Source: Candidatus Poribacteria bacterium (GTDB lineage: Bacteria; Poribacteria; WGA-4E; WGA-3G). Taken from it: a stretch of 64,000 bases of DNA. Location: positions 1,920,001 through 1,984,000 of the forward strand of contig OZ251518.1 of the NCBI GenBank assembly GCA_965242965.1, in the 5' to 3' direction. A program made the translations under genes and the position numbers. Positions 23,664 through 33,301 of this stretch are shown here, piece by piece. The notes beneath the pieces were generated by a model, which saw only the letters and a list, made by a program, of their open reading frames with translations, had not been told where the DNA came from and did not search any database. Positions within the stretch are counted from its first letter, which is position 1. Each line of letters opens with the position of its first letter.

Positions 23664-24050
23664 TTTTAGCCTCCTTTTTAGTCAGTTCGTCCTATCGCGC
23701 GCGAGTTTTATGTTATGTTTCGCGCGCTTCGGTTTCGTTAAATATGATAAACCCTTTAACTTTAACCCACCTATTTTGAAAAAATTCATTTAAAATGAAA
23801 AAAAATGCTGCCCTTCACCGTAGGGCGAGGGCCTGTCCCTCGCCATGCGGCGATCGCCGCGGAGACATCGCGATAAAAATCGAGACCGGGAGGGCTCTCC
23901 TACCAACAACGATCGCGGGGGACAGGCCCCCGCGCTACGGTTACCAAGGCAGCCTCCCTTCACCGTAGGGCGAGGGCCTGTCCCTCGCCATGCGGCGATC
24001 GCCGCGGAGACATCGCGATAAAATCCAGACCAGGAGGTCTCTCCTACTGA

Positions 24051-25178
24051 TTAATCCGCGCCGATTTCAGATTGCAATATTTGCGGACGAAACGGATCCA
24101 ACGACAACGATGTCTCCCCATCCATCAATAATTCCGCGATAAGTTTCCCCGTAATCGGCGCGAGAAGGATACCGTTTTTGAAATGCCCCGATGCCAACAC
24201 GACATTCTCATGTCCCGGCAGATAACCGAGAACCGGTCCGTTTTTCGCGTAGGGACGCAAGCCTGTCCACGTTTGCACGAAGGTGCTTTGCGCAAGCGAC
24301 GGCGCGATCCCAATACCAGCATCAATCATCTGCTTAACGCCGTCGACCGTTGGGCTTTTATCATAACCTGCCATCTCGACCGTGGCACCGATGAGGAGTT
24401 TTCCGTCTGCGCGCGGGACGAGGTAAACGCCGAGTCCATCAATCGTGCGATGAAACAGCGGCGGCATCGCCTCCACGAGGACAATCTGTCCCTTCGCCGG
24501 CGCGATAGATATCGGACAGCCGAGCATCGCAGCCAGAGTCCCTGCCCAACATCCGGCGGCGATCACGAACGTATCGGCATAGAGGCGTTCGCCGTTGACG
24601 ACGGTAGCGACGATGCGCCCATTCTCTCGGATGAAGCCGGTGATAGGGTTGCCGAGTTTGAACTGCGTTCCGAGTTGCGCCGCGCCTTTCGCGAACGCCG
24701 TGACGAGTTTAGGATTGCGCACCTGTGCATCTTCAGGAAATAGCACCGCGCCTCTTATCGCGGGGGAGAGTGCCGGTTCCAAGTGCAATGCTTCCTCGGC
24801 AGTCAGAACTTCGGCAGAGAATCCGCGTTTCACGCGTCGTTCGGCTAATCCAATGAGCCCAGCGGCTTCATCGGGATTGAAGATAACCGAGAGTGTGCCA
24901 GATTGGATGAACTCAATGTCTATCTGCGTCGCCGTTTTGAGTTCATCGGCGAGTGCAGGATAGAGCGCGAGACTGGCGCGGCACAGCGTCGGGAATGGTT
25001 CATGCGTTGAGGCGTGCGATGTGAGAATGCCCGCGCCTGCCCAGGATGCCTCCGTGCCGACGCGTGTTGCTTTGTCGATGACGAGGGTATTTGCGTCCCG
25101 TTTTGCGAGATCGTAAGCGATAGCACAGCCAATAATGCCTGCCCCGATGATGATTATGTCTGCGTGGTTTTTGTCCAA
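24051..25178 (-). CDS. thiO: Glycine oxidase ThiO (FAD-dependent DAO family)
   Basis: IIGAGIIG, ASWAGAGIL, AKGQ, WTGLRP, GHFKNGILLAP. Confidence 0.85.
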   Translation of the reverse strand: MDKNHADIIIIGAGIIGCAIAYDLAKRDANTLVIDKATRVGTEASWAGAGILTSHASTHEPFPTLCRASLALYPALADELKTATQIDIEFIQSGTLSVIFNPDEAAGLIGLAERRVKRGFSAEVLTAEEALHLEPALSPAIRGAVLFPEDAQVRNPKLVTAFAKGAAQLGTQFKLGNPITGFIRENGRIVATVVNGERLYADTFVIAAGCWAGTLAAMLGCPISIAPAKGQIVLVEAMPPLFHRTIDGLGVYLVPRADGKLLIGATVEMAGYDKSPTVDGVKQMIDAGIGIAPSLAQSTFVQTWTGLRPYAKNGPVLGYLPGHENVVLASGHFKNGILLAPITGKLIAELLMDGETSLSLDPFRPQILQSEIGAD

Positions 25179-25284
25179 GATTTCCTCCGATGTTTGATGG
25201 GATTTATTTTGCGTGATATAGATATTTTATCATGAAAGGGGGTGGTGTGTCAATTTTCGTTTTTTTTCATCACCAAAAAACCCC

Positions 25285-25314
25285 TTGACAAAAAACCTAC
25301 ACTTCTGTTAAAAT
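25285..25314 (+). promoter_or_regulatory. Promoter TTGACA-18-TAAAAT, with a divergent TTGACA-18-TAAAAT at 25224-25253 on the minus strand for thiO
   Basis: Consensus hexamers in an AT-rich divergent intergenic region. Confidence 0.6.
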
Positions 25315-25373
25315 AAATCATAACCAAAACATCGTCACTTTTGACGATGCCAAAACACAGGAGGACATTCAAA

Positions 25374-25907
25374 ATGAAATGGATTTTAGGGTTACTCATC
25401 GGGATGCTGATTGCATCCCCCGCAATGGCGCAACTGACCCGGGCCGAAGCGCAAACCCTGCTCACCGGGTTCGCACAACTGACAGCCAAAGTGGAAAAAA
25501 TGAATGAGGAACTCGTCACGGTGAAAACTGACATCGCTGTCATAAAAAACGACATCGCAGCGTTGAAAACCGGACTCCGCGAGACCAGAACGGAACTCCG
25601 CGAGACCAAAACCGAACTCAAGGAATACGTTGACTCCAGAGTCACGGCATCGGAAGAGAAGACCTCGGCAGAAATCCGCGGTCTCACTCGGCAGCTCTCC
25701 TTCGTGCAATTCTTGCTAGGCATCTTGGTAACGGGGCTCTTGACGGTGCTCCTCGCGTTCCTCAAAAATCAGTGGGATAAACGGAAGGAAGGCGACGAAA
25801 AACTCGGCGCACAGCAAGAGGAGTTAGCGGAAAAGCAATCCGAAATTGATGCCTTACGCGCCGAAAATGAACGTATGAAAAATACATTAGATAGCGAGGT
25901 TCTGTAG
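25374..25907 (+). CDS. Signal peptide + coiled-coil + TM + coiled-coil hypothetical protein
   Basis: AGGAGG SD, MKWILGLLIG..AMA signal peptide, heptad repeats (LRETRTELRETKTEL), hydrophobic FLLGILVTGLLTVLLAFL. Confidence 0.8.
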   Translation: MKWILGLLIGMLIASPAMAQLTRAEAQTLLTGFAQLTAKVEKMNEELVTVKTDIAVIKNDIAALKTGLRETRTELRETKTELKEYVDSRVTASEEKTSAEIRGLTRQLSFVQFLLGILVTGLLTVLLAFLKNQWDKRKEGDEKLGAQQEELAEKQSEIDALRAENERMKNTLDSEVL

Positions 25908-26113
25908 TTTGTGATCGCCTGATCACAAACGGGTCAGGATCAGGCGATCCTGACCTACAGAGAAGAGGGGAGGGGTCTGGGGCATGAACGATGGCGAGGG
26001 ACAGGCCCTCGCCCTACGGTAAGGGGGGGCATTTTTTATTCGTGAACGCGGGCGTTTATTCGTGAACGCGGGCGTTTTTTGTCCCCGCGATCATAAAAGG
26101 AAAGGAAATTTTA

Positions 26114-26401
26114 ATGATACTTGGAAAAATTACAGGCACAGTCGTCGCGACGCAGAAAGACGAAAAACTCGTCGGCAGCAAACTGATGATTGTCCAAGAC
26201 GTAAATTTAGATGGCGAATTGGAACGAAAATATACCGTCGCCGTAGACGCAATGGGCGCAGGCATCGGCGAAATTGTCCTCGTGGCGACCGGCAGCTCCG
26301 CACGACAAACACGCGCGACCAGCAATAAACCGGTCGACGCGGTCATCATGGCAATCGTGGATACCGTCGAAATCTGCGGGAAAGTGCGGTATCAGAAGTG
26401 A
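26114..26401 (+). CDS. EutN/CcmL family bacterial microcompartment vertex protein
   Basis: MILGKITGTVVATQK, VAVDAMGAGIGEIVLVATGSSAR, PVDAVIMAIVD. Confidence 0.95.
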   Translation: MILGKITGTVVATQKDEKLVGSKLMIVQDVNLDGELERKYTVAVDAMGAGIGEIVLVATGSSARQTRATSNKPVDAVIMAIVDTVEICGKVRYQK

Positions 26402-27006
26402 CAACCGCACAGAAACGGGACTCCCTTCGTGCGGAAACGCTTCATCGCCGCGACCAAATTCCGTCAACGCTGCGCGCAACGCTGAGCCAGCGGATTATCG
26501 CTCATTGCGTTGACTGGATGCAAAGCGAAGGCTGTCCCGAACCGGTGATGCTATATCTGAGCATGCGCAGTGAAGTTGAAACTCTCGGTTTGTTGGAGCA
26601 ACTGCTTCGTGCGGGAAGACAGGTTTGCGCCCCGGTCGTCAATATGCGAGACAGGCGACTCATCCCGCGGCAGCTCTGCGATGTGGAGGCATCCCTAGTG
26701 CGTCACCCTTACGGGATGTTGGAACCGAAGGCGACTTGCCCGATGGTATCACCGTCGGAGTTGCGGCTCATCTTTGTCCCCGGTATCGCGTTTGATTCTG
26801 ACGGCTATCGGCTCGGCTACGGCATGGGGTTCTACGACAGGTTTCTCGCGCAGTGTCCGGATGCTGTTCGGGTGGGGCTCGCGTATCAGGCGCAGGTGGT
26901 TTCGGAGACTTTTCCGCAATCGTGGGATGTGCCGGTGCATCGGATTTTCACGGAAAACGGTGCGATCATTCCTCGTCAGCGTCCATGTCCACGTCAGCGC
27001 GAATGA
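26398..27006 (+). CDS. 5-formyltetrahydrofolate cyclo-ligase
   Basis: SEVET, YGMLEP, VPGIAFD..GYRLGYGMGFYDRFL, WDVPV. Confidence 0.92.
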   Translation: MTTAQKRDSLRAETLHRRDQIPSTLRATLSQRIIAHCVDWMQSEGCPEPVMLYLSMRSEVETLGLLEQLLRAGRQVCAPVVNMRDRRLIPRQLCDVEASLVRHPYGMLEPKATCPMVSPSELRLIFVPGIAFDSDGYRLGYGMGFYDRFLAQCPDAVRVGLAYQAQVVSETFPQSWDVPVHRIFTENGAIIPRQRPCPRQRE

Positions 27007-27391
27007 AGGGCCGCAATTTCTCTAACGTTTTCTTGCCGATGCCTCTGACGTTTTGGAGGGCATCGACAGAGGAAAAATCGCCGTGTTTTTCGCGATAGTC
27101 GATGATTCTTTCTGCCATCCGCGGTCCGATGTTTGGGAGTGTTTCAAGTTCTTCGGCGGAGGCGGTGTTGATGTTGAGGAGCCAAGATGACGATTTCGCG
27201 CGCTGCTGTTCGGCAGGCGCGTTTTCCTGTGCTGGATGCTGTTCTGTTTCTGGCGTGGCGACGAAGTCTGGTTTGCCGAGGAAGAGTGTTGGGTGGTATC
27301 GTCGTAGTCCCCAGAGTCCGCTTCCTGCTAGGATGAGGATTATTAGGAAGGTTGCGGTTTTCCAATAGTGTTGTTCGATGATGTGGTTCAT
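26966..27391 (-). CDS. comEA: ComEA-family helix-hairpin-helix DNA-binding protein
   Basis: N-terminal TM, LNINTASAEELETLPNIGPRMAERII, VRGIGKKTLEKL. Confidence 0.85.
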   Translation of the reverse strand: MNHIIEQHYWKTATFLIILILAGSGLWGLRRYHPTLFLGKPDFVATPETEQHPAQENAPAEQQRAKSSSWLLNINTASAEELETLPNIGPRMAERIIDYREKHGDFSSVDALQNVRGIGKKTLEKLRPFIRADVDMDADEE

Positions 27392-27424
27392 GTTTTTTGT
27401 TTTTTGAAGAAACGTCCTCTGTCA

Positions 27425-27758
27425 TCGTAGGGCGAGGGCCTGTCCCTCGCCATGCTGCGATCGCGATGATGAAAAAACGGCCCCTTCACCGTAGGGCGAG
27501 GGCCTGTCCCTCGCCATGCCGCGATCGCGAGGCAAAAAACGTTCCCTTCATCGTAGGGCGAGGGCCTGTCCCTCGCCATGCCGCGATCGCCCAAATGATC
27601 GCGGGGGACAGGCCCCCGCGCTACGGGAAAAAACGGCATTCCTCGCGTGATTCAACGATCGCGAGGGACAGGCCCTCGCGCTACGGGCCAGGAACGGATG
27701 TCCTTTTGCGATCAGGCGATCGCAAACTACAGAATCGAGACCAGGAGGTCTCTCCTAC
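27425..27758. repeat. GTAG palindrome array
   Basis: Three tandem A-type units followed by inverted units. Confidence 0.88.
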
Positions 27759-29434
27759 CGCGACTTTTCAACCACAATTACCTGATTTGTCGGCACATCT
27801 TGGAAATGCTGGCGCGCGCCGGTTTGATAACGCACCTCAACACTATCCACAACCGCACGCATCCCAAGCCCGAAATGGAGCTTAAGTTCACGCTGTGAGA
27901 GATAACCATCGCCACTGCGGACTTCTCGCGTTTGAGTGAGATTTCCTGTCGTTACGCTGACACGGGTGCCGATTGCACTCGCAGGCAAACGGATTTGCAA
28001 CCAGTTATTTCGGTTGCCGCCATCGTTTCGCAACAGGCGCGGCGGCGTGTTAGCATTGGTGACGCAGATGTCAATGTCACCGTCTAAATCATAATCGGCG
28101 AAGGTGGCACCGCGGCTGACATCGGCGATTTGCATCGCTTCTCCAAGCGTTTCAGCGACTTCGGCGAACGTGCCATCGCGCCTGTTTTGAAAGAGCAGGT
28201 TGCGTTGTCCGTATGTCCCTTCTTGTCCGAGTTCCGCCAGATTTTCGTGCAGATGTCCATTGGCGACAAAAATGTCGCGATAGCCGTCGTTATCGTAATC
28301 AATAAACGCCGTTGCCCAGCCGAGATAGGGATAGGTGATCTGCGCAGTTTTCGTGGTAGCCGTTGCATCCGTGAAAAACCCATCGCTGTCGTTGTGATAG
28401 AGCGTATTGGTCTGCTCGGCATAGTTGGTTACGGTGAGATCCAACCATCCGTCATTGTCATAATCGCCGAAGGTGGTGCCCATCCCGTTTTCCGCGGCAC
28501 CGTTTTCACTGAGTGCCACGCCGAGCATAAACCCGACTTCCTCAAACGTGCCATCGCCGTTATTACGATAAAAGAGGTTTTCGGTTGAATCATTAGCGAT
28601 GTAAATATCGGGCGCGCCATCGTTATTATAGTCTCCCCAAACAACGCCGAGCCCCTTGCCGGTAGCGTTGTAAATGCCTGCCGATTTCGTCACGTCTGTG
28701 AATGTGCCATCGCCGTTGTTGCGGAAAAGCGTATCGGATTGCGCAGGGAAGTTATCGGGCTCGCAGTAGGCACGGATGCCTTTCTCTTTCAACCCGCACC
28801 ACGGGTTATCATCGAGGCGAAAGACGATGTAGTTGACGACGTAAAGATCGAGATGTCCATCGTTATCATAATCGGCGAAGGCGCAGCCGGTGCTCCATCT
28901 CGGCTCAGCAACGCCTGCTTTTTCGGTGACATCGGTGAACGTCCCGTTGCCATTATTGCGATAGAGCCGATTTGCGCCGTAATTTGTGACGTAAATATCG
29001 GGGTGTCCATCGTTATCGTAGTCGCCGACAGCGCAGCCGTGTCCGTAACCTGTATCGCCTACCCCGGCATCCTCGGTGACATCGCTAAAAGTGCCGTCGC
29101 CGTTGTTGCGGAAGAGGGAATTTGTTGGGCGGCTATAAAAATCCGCCGTTATCGTTGTTATCGTTGTGTCTGTGTTTTGCTTGACGGTTGCATCGTAACC
29201 GGGGAGCGGCGCGCCATTGACGAGATACAAATCCGGGGCACCGTCTGAATCGTAGTCAAAAAACGCCGCGCCGGAGCCGAGCGTTTCCATGAAGTATTTT
29301 TGTCCGCTGCGTCCATCTATGTGCGTCCAGTGGATGCCGGCTTCGTGCGTCACGTCAGTGAATTGCAGTTCGGCATTGGAGGCGACAGAGAGTGTCAACA
29401 ACAGGAGGAGTTGGGTTACGAAGAGGCGTTGCAT
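27755..29434 (-). CDS. CRTAC1-family FG-GAP / ASPIC-UnbV secreted protein
   Basis: Signal peptide, DYDNDG and RNNGDGTF repeats, C-terminal GYLSQ..LHFGLG. Confidence 0.9.
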   Translation of the reverse strand: MQRLFVTQLLLLLTLSVASNAELQFTDVTHEAGIHWTHIDGRSGQKYFMETLGSGAAFFDYDSDGAPDLYLVNGAPLPGYDATVKQNTDTTITTITADFYSRPTNSLFRNNGDGTFSDVTEDAGVGDTGYGHGCAVGDYDNDGHPDIYVTNYGANRLYRNNGNGTFTDVTEKAGVAEPRWSTGCAFADYDNDGHLDLYVVNYIVFRLDDNPWCGLKEKGIRAYCEPDNFPAQSDTLFRNNGDGTFTDVTKSAGIYNATGKGLGVVWGDYNNDGAPDIYIANDSTENLFYRNNGDGTFEEVGFMLGVALSENGAAENGMGTTFGDYDNDGWLDLTVTNYAEQTNTLYHNDSDGFFTDATATTKTAQITYPYLGWATAFIDYDNDGYRDIFVANGHLHENLAELGQEGTYGQRNLLFQNRRDGTFAEVAETLGEAMQIADVSRGATFADYDLDGDIDICVTNANTPPRLLRNDGGNRNNWLQIRLPASAIGTRVSVTTGNLTQTREVRSGDGYLSQRELKLHFGLGMRAVVDSVEVRYQTGARQHFQDVPTNQVIVVEKSR

Positions 29435-29440
29435 GAGCGT

Positions 29441-29683
29441 TTATCGTCTCCAAAGGTTTATTAGCAGGCTTCCGATGCCGACGATGATGCTGATGCCGAT
29501 GGCGATGTTGGCGCGTAACGTCGCTGTCCATTCGGCGCGCCCCTCGAGTTTGCCTCGGATCCAACTTACGTCTTGCTCAAGCGAACCGAGTCGTTTGTCA
29601 ACGCGTTCTTCATACGCGTGCTGTCGTTCTTCCATGCGTTCCATCCATTTGAGGACGTGCTGTTGGAATTCTTGATTGTCCAT
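29441..29683 (-). CDS. 80-aa coiled-coil + C-terminal TM protein, copy B
   Basis: Protein identical to 29709..29951. GGAGG SD. Confidence 0.8.
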   Translation of the reverse strand: MDNQEFQQHVLKWMERMEERQHAYEERVDKRLGSLEQDVSWIRGKLEGRAEWTATLRANIAIGISIIVGIGSLLINLWRR

Positions 29684-29708
29684 GATGATGCCTCCGTATC
29701 TGGAGTGT

Positions 29709-29951
29709 TTATCGTCTCCAGAGGTTTATTAACAAACTGCCGATGCCGACGATGATGCTGATGCCGATGGCGATGTTGGCGCGTAACGTCGCTGTCCATT
29801 CGGCGCGCCCCTCTAGTTTGCCTCGGATCCAACTCACGTCTTGCTCAAGCGAACCGAGCCGTTTGTCGACGCGTTCTTCATACGCGTGCTGTCGTTCTTC
29901 CATGCGTTCCATCCATTTGAGGACGTGCTGCTGGAATTCTTGATTGTCCAT
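29709..29951 (-). CDS. 80-aa coiled-coil + C-terminal TM protein, copy A
   Basis: MDNQEFQQHVLKW...IAIGISIIVGIGSLLINLWRR. GGAGG SD. Differs from copy B only by synonymous changes. Confidence 0.8.
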   Translation of the reverse strand: MDNQEFQQHVLKWMERMEERQHAYEERVDKRLGSLEQDVSWIRGKLEGRAEWTATLRANIAIGISIIVGIGSLLINLWRR

Positions 29952-30034
29952 GATGATGCCTCCGGTGTTTATTTTTTTCAACAAAATAGATTATACGATA
30001 TTTTAAGTGAAAATGCAAGTCTTTTTTGTGTTCC

Positions 30035-30405
30035 CGGTAGGAGAGACCTCCTGGTCTCGATGCAATACCGTATCGGGACAAGGATGTCCCTCCTACCCAA
30101 ACACGTAGGCGAGACCTCCTGGTCTCGATGTTCCCGTAGCGCGGGGGCCTGTCCTCCGCGATTGTTGGCTTGCGCGAGCACTAGCAAGGGACAGGCGTTT
30201 TTTCATCGTAGCGCGGGGGCCTGTCCCCCGCGATCGTTGGGGTACGCGGACGATGGCGAGGGACAGGCCCTCGCCCTACGGTGAAGGGATGCCGTTTCGG
30301 ATACCGTAGCGCGGGGGCCTGTCCCCCGCGATTGTTGGCTTGCGCGAGCGATGGCGAGGGCCCCTCGCATGCGCGTGTGGCATGCGAGGGCCCTCGCCCT
30401 ACGGT
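30035..30405. repeat. GTAG palindrome array
   Basis: Families A, B, C and E. Confidence 0.85.
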
Positions 30406-30462
30406 GAGGGGAAGGCGTTTTTTTCCTAGCGCGCAGCAAGCACGTTAATTTTTCTGCTGGTT

Positions 30463-32094
30463 TCACTTCATCTCCGCCTCAATATCAGCCAAAGTTTGGC
30501 GGAAAGCCTCATTTTGCGGTGACATCTGAATCGCCGCGCGGATTGCCTTCAGTGCCTTTTGATGTTCACCGGTGTGAGAATACGCCAATGCCAACGTCTG
30601 TAAATATTGCGGTGCCGGTGCCAAACGAAACGCTTCTTGCGCAAAGGCGATGGCATCTTGGAGTTGGAGCCGCTGCTGGATATAGAGCCGCGCCAATCCG
30701 TTGAGCGCGTAATGCGCCTTTGCATCCAGCGTTAACGCCGCCCGATATGCCGCGATGGCTTTGTCAACTTCGCCTCGGCGATGGTGGATAGCGGCGATAC
30801 CCGCCTGCGCTGTCGCTAAGGACGCATCGTGTGTGAGTGCGCGCTGATATGCCGCGAATGCCTCATTTAACCGGGCTTGCGCATAGTAGACTGCACCTAA
30901 ACCGGCGTGCGGTGCCGCCTGCGCTGGTGCCAAGGCGATTGCCTCCAGATAGGCATCCGCCGCCTTCTGAAAATTGCGTTTGCGGAAGAACAACTTTCCG
31001 AGTTTGTAGAACGCGGCGGCGCGGTAATCTCTCCCATCGCGCGTCGAAAGTCGGCATGCTTGCTGATACGCCGCAATTGCCTTATCAAATTTCCCATATT
31101 TTTCGTAGGTTATCCCCAGTTGATACTGCTTTTGCGGGTTGCTCGGTTCACTGAGGGTTGCGCGCTCACGCGTGTCAATCTCTTGGGCGATGGCATTGAG
31201 GCGATGATAGGTTTCCATCGCGCGTTTTCCCGCCTCTATCTGCTTCAATCGGAAGAGTGCCTGAGCGAGATTGTAGTAGGCACCGACATGCTCCGCCTGC
31301 TGCTTGATGACGGTGCGGTATTCCTCGGCGGCGCGCTGAAATTCGCGTTGCTTCGTGAAGACCAAACCGAGGCGATAGCGGGCGGCAGTGAAATTGGGAT
31401 TGAGATGGAGTGCCGCCTCCAACAGCGGACGCGCCTTGTCAAGTTCACCCTGTTCCAGATAGATGGCACCTAAATTGCCGTTCGCCATCGGGAGTTCCGG
31501 TTGTTCGGCTAACGCCTCTTGATAATAGCGAATTGCTTTCGCCGGTTGATTGACAGCCTCGTAACAGGAAGCGAGGTTCGTCAGTGCCGCCGCTAACTTC
31601 GGTGAACGGCGGAGACACTCGTGATACGCCGCGAGTGCCTCCGGAAATCGGGCTGCCTGCTGATACGCAGACGCGAGCCCAAGCCGCAGCTGCAGGGCAT
31701 CGGGATGCTGTCGGGTGAGCCGCTGATAGATGTCGATTGCCGCCGCGACCCGTTCGGTTTTTGTATAGAGGTGCGCGAGATTCGCCGCCGCTTGCAAGTG
31801 CTGGCTTTCTATTGCCAGTGCGCGTTTGAGTGCCGCCTCTGCCGCATCAAACTCGCCGAGTTGTAAGTGAACCGTGCCGAGTGCGGCATGCGCTTTAGCG
31901 AAGTCAGCGTCTTGCGCTGTAGCCTGCTGAAGATGGTGAAGGGCTTGTGCGTATTCTCCGCGACGTGCAGCTTCCTTTCCGCGCGCGTAGAAATCTTCTG
32001 GTGATTGCGCAACTGCGGTCCCCAAAACGAGCCAGAGAAAAATGGCGATTTTTGTCTTCCGCAATGCTTGCGATAACAGTTTTTGTGCTATCAT
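30463..32094 (-). CDS. Secreted multi-TPR protein
   Basis: Signal-like N-terminus and more than 10 TPR-like units (e.g. AHAALGTVHLQLGEFDAAEAALKRALAI). Confidence 0.9.
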   Translation of the reverse strand: MIAQKLLSQALRKTKIAIFLWLVLGTAVAQSPEDFYARGKEAARRGEYAQALHHLQQATAQDADFAKAHAALGTVHLQLGEFDAAEAALKRALAIESQHLQAAANLAHLYTKTERVAAAIDIYQRLTRQHPDALQLRLGLASAYQQAARFPEALAAYHECLRRSPKLAAALTNLASCYEAVNQPAKAIRYYQEALAEQPELPMANGNLGAIYLEQGELDKARPLLEAALHLNPNFTAARYRLGLVFTKQREFQRAAEEYRTVIKQQAEHVGAYYNLAQALFRLKQIEAGKRAMETYHRLNAIAQEIDTRERATLSEPSNPQKQYQLGITYEKYGKFDKAIAAYQQACRLSTRDGRDYRAAAFYKLGKLFFRKRNFQKAADAYLEAIALAPAQAAPHAGLGAVYYAQARLNEAFAAYQRALTHDASLATAQAGIAAIHHRRGEVDKAIAAYRAALTLDAKAHYALNGLARLYIQQRLQLQDAIAFAQEAFRLAPAPQYLQTLALAYSHTGEHQKALKAIRAAIQMSPQNEAFRQTLADIEAEMK

Positions 32095-32317
32095 CGTTTT
32101 TCTCCGTATTTTTCGCGGGGGTCGTTCAGATTACCGTAGCGCGGGGGCCTGTCCTCCGCGAGTTTTCGGTAGACCGCAGCATAGCGAGGGAAACCCGCTC
32201 GCAGGCGCGTGTGGCATGCGAGGGCCCAAGCCCTACGGTGAGGGGGCCGTTCTGTTGGAAAGAAAATGTCCGGTTACCGTAGCGCGGGGGCCTGTCCCCC
32301 GCGCTCTCGCCCGCGGC

Positions 32318-33295
32318 CTACGCGCCGTTTTGTGCCCGCGCGATATCACGATAGCGTCGCACTTCCACATCATCCGGCATGCGTCGCAGCGTTTCCTTGT
32401 AATCCTGCAGCGCGGCTTCATACCGTTGCATCGCGAAGTTTGCATGCGCACGGCCGAGGTATGCATCGACATCTTCCGAGTTTCGCGCGAGGGCTGCATC
32501 GTAATCGCGGACAGCGGCGGTGTAGTGCTGCAGGTGAAAGTGTGTCACGGCGCGATTGAAATAGCCTTCACTACGTTCGGGTTTCAGACGGATAGCCGCG
32601 TCATAGTCGCGCAGCGCGGCGGTGTAGTCGCCGAGGGCATAGTAGAGGCTGCCCCGGTTGCAGTGCGCCGCGGCATAATCAGGTTTGAGGCGGATGGCGA
32701 CATCGTAAGCGGCGATGGCGTTTTCCGATTTGCCGATTTCCGCGAGGAGGGTGCCGAGGGAGAAAAAAGCATCGATGGCATTTTCTTCTTCGGTGGGGAC
32801 ATGGATATCCTTATTTTTTTCATCCAACCGTGCGATGGCTGCTTCTATCTCGGGGTCCTCCTCATGTTCCAATTCCAGGAGTTCTGGAAACAACTCTTCC
32901 ATAGTTGGAAAATGGGCTTTCCCATAAATCCTCACGAAGTCTCCGACGCATGCATCTACGTCTGCTAAGGGACTGTCGAGATTGCCACCATCAGCCCACA
33001 TTAACTCCTCTGCCATGACAGAGAGTTGTTTGTATTCGTCCGCGGTGGCGGTGGGACGGCGCAGATTATCGGTGCGATTGGCGAGTTCGGTTAATAACTC
33101 TTGGATGCCGACGAGCCACGCGACGTAACTTTCCGAGGGTGCTTCCTCTTCAGCGGCATGCTTCTCTTCCGGTAAGCCCTCGCGTTCAAGCGGTGCTTGC
33201 CGCGGGATGAACGGCTCTGGCAGACTCATGCGAAGCGAGACAGCGAGTGCCGGCACGGGTAAGCCAGTGGGCATCGTTTGTGTAGGCGTTAACAT
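32318..33295 (-). CDS. Putative antitoxin: HigA-like N-terminal segment fused to TPR repeats (copy 2)
   Basis: Directly downstream of a higB-like gene. EYKQLSVMAEELM..SPLAD..YGKAHFP segment followed by about 4 TPRs. No HTH evident. Confidence 0.75.
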   Translation of the reverse strand: MLTPTQTMPTGLPVPALAVSLRMSLPEPFIPRQAPLEREGLPEEKHAAEEEAPSESYVAWLVGIQELLTELANRTDNLRRPTATADEYKQLSVMAEELMWADGGNLDSPLADVDACVGDFVRIYGKAHFPTMEELFPELLELEHEEDPEIEAAIARLDEKNKDIHVPTEEENAIDAFFSLGTLLAEIGKSENAIAAYDVAIRLKPDYAAAHCNRGSLYYALGDYTAALRDYDAAIRLKPERSEGYFNRAVTHFHLQHYTAAVRDYDAALARNSEDVDAYLGRAHANFAMQRYEAALQDYKETLRRMPDDVEVRRYRDIARAQNGA

Positions 33296-33301
33296 TGGGT
33301 T

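Noticed and set aside
26966-27006. Convergent 3' overlaps (5-FCL/comEA 41 bp; LamG/TPR 40823-40843)
   Set aside because: Short tail-to-tail overlaps are common, and there is no evidence of a special function.
29441-29951. Diversity-generating retroelement TR/VR pair
   Set aside because: The differences are not adenine-specific and are all synonymous, and no reverse transcriptase is present.
32042-32968. 308-aa plus-strand ORF, and other long antisense ORFs such as 2865..3677, 8506..9276 and 53211..54035
   Set aside because: These are shadows of well-supported genes on the opposite strand in GC-rich DNA.
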